A stretch of DNA of 64,000 bases, taken from Acidobacteriota bacterium (GTDB lineage Bacteria > Acidobacteriota > UBA6911 > RPQK01 > CBDAPI01). A program made the translations under genes and the position numbers. Location: positions 17,495 through 81,494 of the forward strand of contig CBDBHK010000035.1 of NCBI GenBank assembly GCA_965205615.1. Direction: 5' to 3'. This document shows, in pieces, positions 29,876 through 39,873 of the stretch; position 1 is the first letter of the stretch; every line of letters starts with the position of its first letter. Under the pieces are notes generated by a model. The model was not told the origin of the DNA and searched no databases. It was given only the letters and a program-made list of their open reading frames with translations.

Positions 29876-31612
29876 CCCGCATAGATCACCGATAGGACCT
29901 GAAAAGGCCGCCCTGTTTGGTATAAAGCGTTTTGAATGAAAGACTTCAAAGCCAAACGGAGGCGGCCCTTATGAGAACAGAGTGTAAACAAGCCAGGTTC
30001 GAATTTCACGGACTATTTCAACGCAAAGTGAAGGCGCGGTTCGACGGCGGGAAGATCACCTCCGATGCAGGGGTGCTGCTGTTGCGAGAGGTCGAGAGGG
30101 GGACGGGTCTGATCGCCGGACTGGCTGAGTGTTTCAGGGATCACCGGGATCCGCGGTTGATCGAACACACGGTCGAGGAGTTGTTGGGGCAGCGCATCTA
30201 CGGACTCTGTCTGGGGTACGAGGATCTGAACGATCATGATCAGTTGCGCACCGATCCGATGCTGGCGGTGGCGGTGAATAAGGCCGATCCGCTGGGGGAG
30301 AGGCGGCGGCAGGCCTCAGATCGGGGGAAGGCGCTGGCGGGCAGGTGTACGCTGAACCGGTTGGAGTTGACCGGCGCCGAGGTCGATGAGCAGGAGCGGT
30401 ACAAGAAGATCGCGATGGACCCGGACCGGATCGACGGCTGGATGGTGGATGCCTTCGTGGAGTCCCACGAATCGGCGCCCGAGGAGATGGTGCTGGATCT
30501 GGATGCGACCGACGACCCGATCCATGGCCAGCAGGAAGGCCGGTTCTTTCACGGTTACTACCGCCACTACTGTTATCTCCCGCTGTACATCTTCTCGGGG
30601 GAGCATCTGCTGTGCGCCCGGTTGCGGTGTTCCAATATCGATGGGGCCGCGGGATCGGTGGAGGAACTGGAACGGATCGTCGGCCGGATTCGGCAGAGCT
30701 GGCCGGAGGTCTCGATCGTCATCCGGGCCGACTCGGGCTTTTGCCGGGATGACTTGCTCCGCTGGTGTGAAGACCATCACGTGGATTACGTGATGGGGTT
30801 GGCCAACAATGATCGGCTCAAGTCAGAGAGCGCCGAAGCGATGACTCAGGCCGAAGCCGAGTTCAACGCCACCGGGCGACCGGCGCGGGTGTTCAAGGAT
30901 TTCCGCTACCGGACTCGCCACAGTTGGACCTCGGAGCGACGCGTCGTCGGCAAGGCCGAGTTCCTGGACAAAGGCGCCAATCCCCGATTCGTCGTCACCT
31001 CCCTGTCGCCGGAACGCCTGGGGGCCCGCGCGCTCTACGCAGACTTCTACTGTGCGCGGGGCGACATGGAGAACCGCATAAAAGAACAGCAGTTGGATCT
31101 GTTCGCCGACCGGACCAGCGCGGCAACGATGCGCGCCAATCAACTCCGGCTGTATCTGTCCTCCGCCGCCTACATGCTCATGCACGCCTTGCGTCGTCTC
31201 GGACTGAAGCAGACCCCCCTGGCTCGCGCTCAGTGTCAGACGATTCGCTTGAAGCTCCTCAAGATCGGCGCCCAGGTCCGCCTCACGGTCCGCCACGTCT
31301 GGATCTCCATGTCGGAAGCCTATCCCTACAGCGAGGTCTTCGCTGCCGTCGTTCGAAACCTCCAGGCCATTCCTCTGCGCTGCTGAGGTCTGTCCCGATC
31401 AAACGCCCCCAAAAACGAAATCGTTCCATCGCTCAGGCCGAGCTCTGCCTGAATGCATTCCGTCACGCTCTTCCGAACCCGAAAAACGCTCCATTCACGA
31501 CCATCCACACCACCGCATCACTCGACCTGGACCGGATCGATAGCGAAACTCTCAGAAAACCGTTCCGGCCTGCCAAAATCACCTTCATTTCCAAATCGGT
31601 GATCTATGCGGG
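29876..31612 (+). mobile_element. IS1380-family insertion sequence, copy 1 (1,737 bp)
   Basis: 18-bp terminal inverted repeats CCCGCATAGATCACCGAT (29876-29893) and its complement (31595-31612). Direct CTAG flanks lie at 29872-29875 and 31613-31616. CC ends and a 4-bp duplication fit my recollection of IS1380. A second copy is at 59987-61723. Confidence 0.85.
29971..31386 (+). CDS. IS1380-family DDE transposase
   Basis: N-terminus FDGGKITSDAGVLLLREVE, then DLDATDDPIHGQQEGRFFHGYYRHYCYLPLY and RADSGFC. The ATG at 29971 is preceded by GGAGG (29958-29962). Confidence 0.8.
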   Translation: MRTECKQARFEFHGLFQRKVKARFDGGKITSDAGVLLLREVERGTGLIAGLAECFRDHRDPRLIEHTVEELLGQRIYGLCLGYEDLNDHDQLRTDPMLAVAVNKADPLGERRRQASDRGKALAGRCTLNRLELTGAEVDEQERYKKIAMDPDRIDGWMVDAFVESHESAPEEMVLDLDATDDPIHGQQEGRFFHGYYRHYCYLPLYIFSGEHLLCARLRCSNIDGAAGSVEELERIVGRIRQSWPEVSIVIRADSGFCRDDLLRWCEDHHVDYVMGLANNDRLKSESAEAMTQAEAEFNATGRPARVFKDFRYRTRHSWTSERRVVGKAEFLDKGANPRFVVTSLSPERLGARALYADFYCARGDMENRIKEQQLDLFADRTSAATMRANQLRLYLSSAAYMLMHALRRLGLKQTPLARAQCQTIRLKLLKIGAQVRLTVRHVWISMSEAYPYSEVFAAVVRNLQAIPLRC

Positions 31613-31647
31613 CTAGCAGCCCGTCTGGTCCTGCGGGCGCTTCTGCT

Positions 31648-32619
31648 TCACTCTTCGAAAAAGCGGCCCATTTGCCGGAATTTTTGATGCCTCCGGGAGA
31701 GGAGTTCCAAGGAATCCACTCCCCTGAGCTCCCTCAGGTTGCCCAACAGTCGCTGCTTCAGCAAGGCGGCCGCTTCATCGTGGTCCAGTTGGGCCCCGCC
31801 CGCCGGCTCGGGAACGATCTCGTCAACCACCTGATGCTCGAGCAGGTGCTCGGCCGTCAGTTTGAGTGAAGCAGCGGCCTGTTTGGAGTGCTCCTGGTCT
31901 TTCCACAGTATTGCCGAGCAGCTCTCCGGAGAAATTACGGAATAGATCGCGTGTTCCAGCATCAGGATCCGATCTCCCAGCGCAATGGCCAGAGCGCCGC
32001 CGCTGCCCCCTTCGCCGATCACGGTGCAGATCAGCGGTACTTTGATCTGTGCCATGCTGCGAAGGTTGAAGGCGATCGCCTGGGCCTGGCCCCTCTTCTC
32101 GGCACCCATGCCTGGATAAGCGCCGGGTGTATCGATAAAGCTGAGAATGGGACGGTGAAACTTGTCCGCCAGCTGCATGAGGCGGAGCGCCTTACGGTAG
32201 CCCTCCGGTTTGGCCATCCCGTAATTGCGGTAAATTCGCTGCTTCGTGTTGCGACCCTTCTGGTGGCCGATGATCATGACAGGTTCGTCATCGAGCCTGG
32301 CCATCCCCCCGATGATGGCCCGATCATCGTAAAACCTCCGGTCTCCATGCAGTTCCCGGAACCCCGTGAAAATACGGGAAACGTAGTCCAGAGTGTAGGG
32401 TCGGTCTTCATGCCTGGCCAGCTGCACCTGGTCCCAGGGTCCGAGCTCGCCTTTCATCTGTGAATGAAGCTGCGCAATCTGGTTCTTGAGACGCTCGATT
32501 TCCGCTTTCTGATCCGGTGGAAGGCTCCGGACCTGTTCACGAAGGAGGTTGATCTGTTCGACCTTGGTGTCCACTTGAAATCTCAGGGAAGGGAGGACGA
32601 AAGGTACCCTCTTCCACAA
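31648..32619 (-). CDS. accA: acetyl-CoA carboxylase carboxyltransferase subunit alpha
   Basis: ARHEDRPYTLDY, FIDTPGAYPGMGAEKRGQAQAIA and VIGEGGSGGALA. Confidence 0.9.
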   Translation of the reverse strand: MWKRVPFVLPSLRFQVDTKVEQINLLREQVRSLPPDQKAEIERLKNQIAQLHSQMKGELGPWDQVQLARHEDRPYTLDYVSRIFTGFRELHGDRRFYDDRAIIGGMARLDDEPVMIIGHQKGRNTKQRIYRNYGMAKPEGYRKALRLMQLADKFHRPILSFIDTPGAYPGMGAEKRGQAQAIAFNLRSMAQIKVPLICTVIGEGGSGGALAIALGDRILMLEHAIYSVISPESCSAILWKDQEHSKQAAASLKLTAEHLLEHQVVDEIVPEPAGGAQLDHDEAAALLKQRLLGNLRELRGVDSLELLSRRHQKFRQMGRFFEE

Positions 32620-32653
32620 ATAAGATCACATCGGCACATTTCGAAAGGGACCA

Positions 32654-35600
32654 CTAAGTATACAGCGTGACTGAATTCTCGCCAAAAAGGCTCTCGACTT
32701 CGTCGACGAAGGCAGGAGCCGGCTCGATCTCCGGAGTGTCACTGGGAATCAGCCGGATTCGGAAGCTGCTCCTCTTAAGAATCTCGAACTCCAGCGGACA
32801 CGTCCCGGGGTAACGGTCGATCAAGTCCTGAAGTCTCGTCATGGAAACCGCGTCGATAGAAGGGACCGCCACGGAGATGAGAATTTTCTCGACTTCGCCC
32901 TTCCACAGTGAGTCCAGAGAAACAACCTGCGAGGCGATGAGGCGGGCTTCCCCGCGGCCGTCCACTTCACAGCGGCCTCGTACCAGGACCGGGTTCTCAG
33001 AGTCCATCAGAAGCTCGCTGCACCGCTCGTAGCATTTCGGAAAGACGACCACCTCCGCGGATCCCGTCAGATCCTCCAGCTCGAAAGTGGCCATGGAGGC
33101 CCCCTTGCGCGTTTGCAGTTTCCGCAACGCCGTGACCATGCCCCCTATCGAGGTCTCTCGAGCGGTCGTTTCCTCGCTCAGCTGACCGGCGCTCCCCAGG
33201 CAGAACTTGCGGACTTCCCGCTCGTACTTCTGAAGCGGGTGACCGGTGACGTAAAAACCCAGGGTCTCTTTCTCGTATCCCCATTTTTCCCGGTCCCTCC
33301 AGTCCCCGGCGAAGGGCACTTCGTCGGCCGGTGTGGCTGAGCCGGCCTCGCCAAAGAGTCCCTTCTGACCGCTCAACCGGTCCCGGTGCGCCTTCTGGCC
33401 TCGCTCCACTGCCTTCTCCAGGACTTCCATCAGCGACTTGCGCGAAGGGTGAAGTGAATCGAAGACCCCCGCTTTGATCATGGCCTCGAGGACCCTCTTA
33501 TTAGCCACTCGCAAGTCAACGTTTTCGCAGAACTCAAAGATGTTCGAGAAAGACCCCAGTTCATCCCGGGATTCGAGGATGGCCTGTATGGCGCCTTCAC
33601 CAACATTCTTTATGGCCGTCAACCCGAACACGATCTGTCCGTCGGAAGCGCGGAAGTGGATGTCGCTTTCATTGACGTCGGGAGGGAGGACCTGAATTTC
33701 CATTTCTCTGCATTCGTTCAGGTACTTGACGACTTTGTCGGTAGTGCCCATTTCGCTGGTGAGCATGGCGCCCATGAACTGAACAGGAAAATGAGTCTTG
33801 AGATAGGCGGTCTGATAGGCCAGAAGCGCATACGCAGTGGAGTGACTCTTGTTGAACCCGTAGCCGGCAAATTGTGCCATCAGCTGGAAGATGCGCTCGG
33901 CCTTCGCCGCGTCCACGCCCCGCTCGACAGCGCCCGCCAGGAAACGCTTGCGCTGTTTCTCCATGACCGACTTTTTTTTCTTCCCCATGGCCCGGCGCAG
34001 AAGATCGGCTTCCCCCAGGGAAAAGCCTCCCAGCAGGCTGGCAATCCGCATGACCTGCTCCTGATAGACGATGACGCCGTAGGTTTCCTTCAGGATTTCC
34101 TCGAGCTCCGGGACCGTGTACTCGATTTGAACCTTGCCGTGGCGGCGATTGATGAAGTCGTCGATCATGCCTCCCTGAATGGGTCCGGGCCGGTAGAGTG
34201 CGTTCAAGGCAATCAGGTCTTCAAAACGGTCCGGCTGCAGCCGCCGAAGTATGTCCCGCATTCCGCTCGACTCAAACTGGAAGATGCCGGACGTCCGCCC
34301 CTCACAGAACAGGTTCAGGGTTTCGGGATCGTCCAGTCCGACGTGCGCCAGATCGAGGTCAAGGGCATCCTGTTCCCTGATCTGCTTGAGGGTCTGATCG
34401 ATGACCGTCAGGGTAGTCAGGGCGAGAAAGTCCATCTTGAGCAGTCCCAGCCTTTCCAGGTCGGTCATCGGATACTGCGTCATCACCTCGTCTCGAGGAG
34501 TCTTGTAGAGCGGAATCAATTCGATCAGGGGCCGGGGAGCAATCACGACGCCTGCGGCATGAGTGGAGGCGTGGCGGGCCAGACCCTCGAGACGCTGCGC
34601 CACCGTGACCAGCTGCTCGTAGGTGGAAGAGCTGGAAGCCAGGTCGCGCAGCTCGCGGACCTGTTCCAGGGCACGGGAAAGGCTGGCATGGGGCTCCAAG
34701 GGAACGAGCTTGGCCAGTTTGTCAACTTCAGCGTAGGGGATGTTCAAGGCCCGACCCACATCCCGAATCGCTCCCCGGGCAGCCATGGTGCCGAAGGTGA
34801 TGATCTGGCTGACGTTACGACGGCCGTACTTTTGGGTCACATAGTCGATCACCCTGGGGCGGCCGTGCATGCAGAAATCGATGTCGATATCAGGCGGGGT
34901 CACGCGTTCCGGATTCAAGAAGCGCTCAAAGAGAAGATCGTACTGGATCGGGTCGATATCGGTGATCCTCAGAGCATAAGAGACCAGGCTTCCAGCGGCC
35001 GAACCGCGTCCGGGTCCCACGGGAATCTTTTCTTCACGTGCGTGCCTGATGAAGTCCCACACAATCAGGAAGTAGCCGGGAAACTTCATCTCTTGAATCA
35101 GCCCGATCTCCTCCTCCAGGCGCTGTCTGTACTCGTCCAGTCCGTGACGGAGGCGACCCTCTTTCTCGAGCTCGAGCAGGAGTGGCATTCGTCTCTCAAA
35201 GCCGTCCCGGGCGACCTCCTCGAAGTAGCTGTCGACGGTGTGACCGTCGGGAACTTCGAAATCGGGGAACACGCTCTCCGCGGACCCGAAACGAAAGTTA
35301 CATTTTTCTGCGATCTCGATGGTATTGGAGAGGGCCCCCGGGATGTTTCCGAACAACTCGGACATCTCCTGGCCCGTCTTGAAGAAAAACTGATCCGTTT
35401 TGTAGCTGAGCCGATCGCGATCGTAGATGGTCTTTCCTGTCTGGACGCAGAGCAGGACATCGTGTGAAAAGGAGTCGTCCTGGGAAAGGTAGTGACAGTC
35501 GTTGGTGGCCACGATGGGAAGGCCCTGGTCACGCGACAGCCTGACCACCGCTTCATTGACCAGACGCTGCTCTTCAATGCCGTGGTCCTGCACCTCCAGA

Positions 35601-36118
35601 TAGAAGTTTCCCGGGCCCAGGATCTCGGACAACTCCCCGGCTCTGTGCGCAGCCTCCTGAAACCGATCCTGGACCACGTTCCAGGCCACGATTCCCTTGA
35701 GGCAGGCCGAGAGCCCGATCAGGCCCTCGGAGTGACTGGAGAGGAGTTCCAGATCGATCCTCGGTCGGTAATAGAAACCTTCCTGATAGCCCAGAGACAC
35801 AAGGCGAATCAGGTTTCGGTAGCCGGCTTCGTTGCGGCACAGAAGGACCAGGTGATTACTGCGGTCGGAACGCCCTCCTCTGGTCCCCCGGCCCTCGCGC
35901 GCCACATACACCTCACATCCGATGATCGGGTTGATCCCGGCTTCAAGGGCGGCGTCATGGAACTGAACCGCGCCAAACAGGTTTCCATGATCGGTGAGAG
36001 CCAGGGCAGGCATCTTTAGCCGGGCGGCTCGCTCCACCACGTCCTCGATTCGGTTGGCTCCATCCAGAAGGCTGTAGTGGCTGTGCAGGTGAAGATGGAC
36101 AAAAGGATCCTGTCCCAT
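32654..36118 (-). CDS. dnaE: DNA polymerase III subunit alpha
   Basis: PHP domain FVHLHLHSHYSLLDGA, the polymerase core and a C-terminal OB fold. 1154 aa. Confidence 0.95.
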   Translation of the reverse strand: MGQDPFVHLHLHSHYSLLDGANRIEDVVERAARLKMPALALTDHGNLFGAVQFHDAALEAGINPIIGCEVYVAREGRGTRGGRSDRSNHLVLLCRNEAGYRNLIRLVSLGYQEGFYYRPRIDLELLSSHSEGLIGLSACLKGIVAWNVVQDRFQEAAHRAGELSEILGPGNFYLEVQDHGIEEQRLVNEAVVRLSRDQGLPIVATNDCHYLSQDDSFSHDVLLCVQTGKTIYDRDRLSYKTDQFFFKTGQEMSELFGNIPGALSNTIEIAEKCNFRFGSAESVFPDFEVPDGHTVDSYFEEVARDGFERRMPLLLELEKEGRLRHGLDEYRQRLEEEIGLIQEMKFPGYFLIVWDFIRHAREEKIPVGPGRGSAAGSLVSYALRITDIDPIQYDLLFERFLNPERVTPPDIDIDFCMHGRPRVIDYVTQKYGRRNVSQIITFGTMAARGAIRDVGRALNIPYAEVDKLAKLVPLEPHASLSRALEQVRELRDLASSSSTYEQLVTVAQRLEGLARHASTHAAGVVIAPRPLIELIPLYKTPRDEVMTQYPMTDLERLGLLKMDFLALTTLTVIDQTLKQIREQDALDLDLAHVGLDDPETLNLFCEGRTSGIFQFESSGMRDILRRLQPDRFEDLIALNALYRPGPIQGGMIDDFINRRHGKVQIEYTVPELEEILKETYGVIVYQEQVMRIASLLGGFSLGEADLLRRAMGKKKKSVMEKQRKRFLAGAVERGVDAAKAERIFQLMAQFAGYGFNKSHSTAYALLAYQTAYLKTHFPVQFMGAMLTSEMGTTDKVVKYLNECREMEIQVLPPDVNESDIHFRASDGQIVFGLTAIKNVGEGAIQAILESRDELGSFSNIFEFCENVDLRVANKRVLEAMIKAGVFDSLHPSRKSLMEVLEKAVERGQKAHRDRLSGQKGLFGEAGSATPADEVPFAGDWRDREKWGYEKETLGFYVTGHPLQKYEREVRKFCLGSAGQLSEETTARETSIGGMVTALRKLQTRKGASMATFELEDLTGSAEVVVFPKCYERCSELLMDSENPVLVRGRCEVDGRGEARLIASQVVSLDSLWKGEVEKILISVAVPSIDAVSMTRLQDLIDRYPGTCPLEFEILKRSSFRIRLIPSDTPEIEPAPAFVDEVESLFGENSVTLYT

Positions 36119-36127
36119 AGGTTCGAC

Positions 36128-37669
36128 TTACTCCCACTCGATGGTGCTGGGTGGTTTGGAGCTGATATCGTAAACCACGCGGTTGATTCCGGGAACCTCA
36201 TTGACGATGCGGCTGGAGATCCGAGCCAGTACCTCATACGGCACCTTCACCCAATCGGCGGTCATCCCGTCGGCACTGTCTACGACTCGAAGCGCCGCTA
36301 CGTTCTCGTAAGTCCGATCGTCTCCCATGACTCCCACAGTCTGTACGGGCAGGAGCACGGCAAAGGCCTGCCAGACGCTGGTGTAGAGGTCGGCCCGGCG
36401 GATTTCTGCGATAACGATTCGGTCGGCTTCCCGGAGGACTTCCAGTCTCTCGGGAGTGACCTCGCCCAGGATGCGGACGGCCAGGCCGGGGCCTGGGAAA
36501 GGGTGTCTCTGGAGGATGGAATCGGGAATCTCGAGGGCTTGCCCGAGCCGGCGGACTTCATCCTTAAAGAGCTCCCGAAGAGGCTCCACCAGTTTCAGCT
36601 CCATTTCAGCAGGAAGGCCGCCCACGTTGTGATGGCTCTTGATGACCGCGGAAGGCCCTCGGACAGAAACGGATTCAATCACATCCGGATAGAGGGTGCC
36701 CTGCACCAGATAGTCGTAACCCTGACCGGAGTCGGCCTGTTCTTCAAAGACCCGGATGAACTCCTCCCCGATCCTTTTTCGCTTCTCTTCCGGATCCTCC
36801 ACGCCGGCCAGCCTGGAAAGAAACCTCTGGCCCGCCTCAACGCCTACCAGGTTCAGTTCCAGTTGCTCTTCGAAGGTCCGGAGAACGGACTCGAATTCGT
36901 TCTTGCGGAGCAGACCGTTATCCACGAAAACACAGGTCTGTCTGTCCCCAAGTGCACGATGGACCAGCACGGCCGCCACTGCCGAATCCACACCACCGGA
37001 GAGCCCGCAAATGGCGCGATCCTCTCCCACCTGGTCCCGGATCCGCTTGATCGACTCATCAATAAAAGATTGAAGAGTCCAGTCTCCGCGGCACTTGCAG
37101 ACCTCGAAGAGAAAATTTCTGAGAACTGTCGTTCCCTCTTTGGTGTGGGCCACCTCCGGATGAAACTGAACCCCGTAGCGCTGGTTCACGTGGTCTTCGA
37201 CGGCGGCGATCGTGGTTCCGGCGGTGGCCACGACGTGAAACCCGGGAGGGAGCTCTTCGATGTTGTCGCCGTGGCTCATCCAGACCTGAGAGGGGGAAGT
37301 CACTCCCTGCAGGATATGGCTCTCCGCCACGATCTCGAGGGTAGCCGGACCGTACTGGCGGTCCGTTGCCGAGTGCACGTTGCCGCCCAGTTTGTGGGCC
37401 ATGAGCTGCATGCCGTAACAAATTCCAAGCAGCGGTCTGGGAAGGCTGTAAACCGCCTCGTCAGGATGGGGAGAGGTTGCGCCGAAAACCGAGTCAGGGC
37501 CCCCGGAGAGAATGATGCCTCGAGGGTCGCGCGTCTCGATCTCAGAGGGATCCGCGTGATACGGGAGAATCTCGCAGAACACGCCCGCCTCGCGGATCCG
37601 CCGGGCGATCAGCTGCGTATACTGGGAGCCAAAGTCGAGGACAACAATGGTCTCGTGGGCATCGGACAT
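36128..37669 (-). CDS. guaA: glutamine-hydrolysing GMP synthase
   Basis: GATase domain with ICYGMQL, ATP-PPase motif GLSGGVDS and C-terminal PPSTIEWE. Confidence 0.95.
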   Translation of the reverse strand: MSDAHETIVVLDFGSQYTQLIARRIREAGVFCEILPYHADPSEIETRDPRGIILSGGPDSVFGATSPHPDEAVYSLPRPLLGICYGMQLMAHKLGGNVHSATDRQYGPATLEIVAESHILQGVTSPSQVWMSHGDNIEELPPGFHVVATAGTTIAAVEDHVNQRYGVQFHPEVAHTKEGTTVLRNFLFEVCKCRGDWTLQSFIDESIKRIRDQVGEDRAICGLSGGVDSAVAAVLVHRALGDRQTCVFVDNGLLRKNEFESVLRTFEEQLELNLVGVEAGQRFLSRLAGVEDPEEKRKRIGEEFIRVFEEQADSGQGYDYLVQGTLYPDVIESVSVRGPSAVIKSHHNVGGLPAEMELKLVEPLRELFKDEVRRLGQALEIPDSILQRHPFPGPGLAVRILGEVTPERLEVLREADRIVIAEIRRADLYTSVWQAFAVLLPVQTVGVMGDDRTYENVAALRVVDSADGMTADWVKVPYEVLARISSRIVNEVPGINRVVYDISSKPPSTIEWE

Positions 37670-37846
37670 TCGCTGCGTTCACCTGTCAGGCGCCGCTTCG
37701 AACAAGCTCTCAGGGATTGTGTGGCTTGCCTCTCACGGAAGGCCGAAGTATAGCACGGTGAGACGACCCGGCGAGACCGGCAAGAGACTGCAAATAAGCC
37801 GCTCCTCAGCCACTCCCGGCAGTCCTCCTGCGGGTGTCTTCAGAGC

Positions 37847-38662
37847 ATGATAGAAACCTGGGTCCGCGCTGTTGTTTTCGGCACCGTCCAGGGAGTTACC
37901 GAGTTTCTTCCTGTCAGCAGTTCGGCCCATCTCCTGATCCTGCCCTGGCTCCTGGGCTGGGAACCGGGAGGGTTGACCTTCGACGTTTTCCTGCACGGGG
38001 GCAGCCTGTTGGCTCTGCTCGTTTATTTTCGGCGGACCCTGGTGGGGCTGGGCAGGGGAATTCTTCTTCCCTCCGCCCGAGGTGGGGAAGAGCACCGCCT
38101 GCTTCTCCCCCTGCTGGTGGGCACCCTCCCGATACTGGTGCTGGGACTGCTCTCTACCGTCGTAGACATCGAGCGATTTCGGACTCCGGAAGTAACCGCT
38201 TTCAATCTGGCCTTCTTTGCCATTCTGCTCTGGGCGGCCGACCGGCCGGGCAAGGAGCGAACCCCCATCTGGTCATTGACTGCGGCCCAGGGATTTCTGG
38301 TTGGCGTGGCCCAGGCCCTGGCCCTCATGCCTGGAGTCAGCCGTTCTGGAGTCACGATTACGGCCGCCCTGGTGCTGGGCCTGGCCCGGCCGGAGGCTGC
38401 CCGCTTTTCGTTTCTCCTGGGAATCCCGGCCATTGCCATGGCCACCGGGGGAAAGCTCTTCGAGCTGCTTGGCGCCGGCGCCGGGCTGACACTATCCTGG
38501 AACGTCGAATTTCTGCCGGGTATTGCGGCTGCTTTTGTGAGCGGGCTGCTTTCGATTCGCTTTCTGCTCCGGTTGCTGGAGACCCGCACGGTAGTGGGTT
38601 TCGTGGCCTATCGGCTGTTCCTTTCGGTTGTCCTCACGGTGTGGCTCCTCAATCGGTCCTAG
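37847..38662 (+). CDS. uppP: undecaprenyl-diphosphate phosphatase
   Basis: VQGVTEFLPVSSSAHL and PGVSRSGVTI motifs. Polytopic membrane protein. Confidence 0.9.
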   Translation: MIETWVRAVVFGTVQGVTEFLPVSSSAHLLILPWLLGWEPGGLTFDVFLHGGSLLALLVYFRRTLVGLGRGILLPSARGGEEHRLLLPLLVGTLPILVLGLLSTVVDIERFRTPEVTAFNLAFFAILLWAADRPGKERTPIWSLTAAQGFLVGVAQALALMPGVSRSGVTITAALVLGLARPEAARFSFLLGIPAIAMATGGKLFELLGAGAGLTLSWNVEFLPGIAAAFVSGLLSIRFLLRLLETRTVVGFVAYRLFLSVVLTVWLLNRS

Positions 38663-38699
38663 CAGTCCGTGGTGGAAGTCCCCCGGGCCGCCGGCGTGA

Positions 38700-39416
38700 T
38701 TGGTGTATGATCTCCTTACAGTGTTCCTCCAGACAGTGTTCCTCCAGGTAAAAACCAGCCACGGGAGAAATCTCGCCCGCCTTATCGTGGGTCTGCTCCT
38801 GGGGCTACTGTATCCTCTTTCCCTCGGCGCGGCGGGCGGGGAAGATGAGAGGCCGGTCCCGAGCGCTCTTCAGAATCCGGTGCTTCGATCCCACTACAGA
38901 TCCCTCTTTCTCTCCGTGTACAGGGGGGAGGCGTTCAGCAAGAATTCCAGAACGTCCAGCTCTTTCATCGATAATCAAATCGAACACCTTCTGGTGCGCG
39001 TCGACCGGAAGCTCGAGATCCTGCACGATTCGCTGGACGAGCTGACCGCCCTGCGAAACCAGGTGGTCGAGGGCAGGGAGGTGGACGCCGAGCTCCGGAC
39101 CCGCTGGAAGCAAAGCACCCGACAGATCACTCAGTCGAGCGACGATCTGCACGAGATGTTATCAGCCATTTTCCTGCAGCTACGGCGCAGCGACGGTTTC
39201 GTGGCGCGTATCAGTGAGAACGCGGGCAACATTTTTTACGAAAAGGAAATCCGGTACCTCACGCGCCAGGGCGAATCGGCCGCCCTTCTGATCCGTTCCT
39301 ATTTGTTCAGTCCGGCCGCAACCATACACTTCAGCGATCTTCGCTACACCAACATGTTGATCCTTCTTCACCATGCGCGGCTCATGGCCCGCGCCCTGAA
39401 CAGGCAACTCTCCTAG
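38700..39416 (+). CDS. hypothetical secreted/membrane-anchored protein
   Basis: Long ORF with coding-like composition and a hydrophobic segment LARLIVGLLLGLLYPLSLGAAG. I recognise no motif. The start is ambiguous (TTG 38700, GTG 38721 or GTG 38736). Confidence 0.5.
   Translation: MVYDLLTVFLQTVFLQVKTSHGRNLARLIVGLLLGLLYPLSLGAAGGEDERPVPSALQNPVLRSHYRSLFLSVYRGEAFSKNSRTSSSFIDNQIEHLLVRVDRKLEILHDSLDELTALRNQVVEGREVDAELRTRWKQSTRQITQSSDDLHEMLSAIFLQLRRSDGFVARISENAGNIFYEKEIRYLTRQGESAALLIRSYLFSPAATIHFSDLRYTNMLILLHHARLMARALNRQLS
38718..38747 (+). repeat. perfect 15-bp tandem duplication (ACAGTGTTCCTCCAG x2)
   Basis: Read directly. It lies at the extreme 5' end of ORF 38700-39416 and gives TVFLQ-TVFLQ if translated. 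Each unit carries an in-frame GTG. Confidence 0.95.
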
Positions 39417-39471
39417 CACAACTTTATAAATCACCTTAACAAACTCATCGTATATACCTTTCCAGTCGGGT

Positions 39472-39873
39472 ATGTCCAAATTCACGTATCACCTCTTTGT
39501 TTGTGACAACCAGCGAGCCGATGAACACCCTCGCGGTTGCTGCGATCCGGAAGGAGCCGCGTTGCTGCGCGCGGCCTTCAAGAAGGCGATTAGAAGCCGC
39601 GGACTGCGTTCCTCGAGCCGCGCCAACCGCAGCGGCTGTCTGGATCAGTGCGAACACGGACCCTGTGTTGTCGTTTATCCCGGCGCCGTCTGGTACGGGG
39701 GCGTGCAGCTCACTGACGTGAACGAAATCGTGGAGCGGCATCTCCTGGCCGGCGAAACCGTAAGGCGCCTGCTCATCTCCGAGGATTGCATTAACAATCC
39801 TGATTGCCCACACCGACGTCCTCTGGCCCGGCGTATCCGGGACTGGAAAAAGAGCCAGAAACCCCAGCGGTAG
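39472..39873 (+). CDS. thioredoxin-like [2Fe-2S] ferredoxin-domain protein
   Basis: HLFVCDNQR...GCC...GCLDQCEHGPCVVVYPGAVWYG is the typical Cys pattern and fold signature. Confidence 0.7.
   Translation: MSKFTYHLFVCDNQRADEHPRGCCDPEGAALLRAAFKKAIRSRGLRSSSRANRSGCLDQCEHGPCVVVYPGAVWYGGVQLTDVNEIVERHLLAGETVRRLLISEDCINNPDCPHRRPLARRIRDWKKSQKPQR

Noticed and set aside
30924-31616. A 230-aa alternative-frame ORF inside each IS1380 copy (also 59983-60675)
   Set aside because: It overlaps the transposase frame and runs through the non-coding IS end into the terminal repeat. Its Arg/Pro-rich composition is typical of an off-frame read. It is conserved only because the IS copies are near-identical.
33656-35467. 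A 603-aa ORF on the + strand
   Set aside because: It is entirely antisense to dnaE, whose translation has unmistakable Pol III alpha motifs. Its own translation is G/D/H/Q/L-rich with no motifs. This is a typical high-GC antisense open frame.
36077-37753. A 558-aa ORF on the + strand
   Set aside because: It is antisense to guaA, and its sequence is not protein-like.
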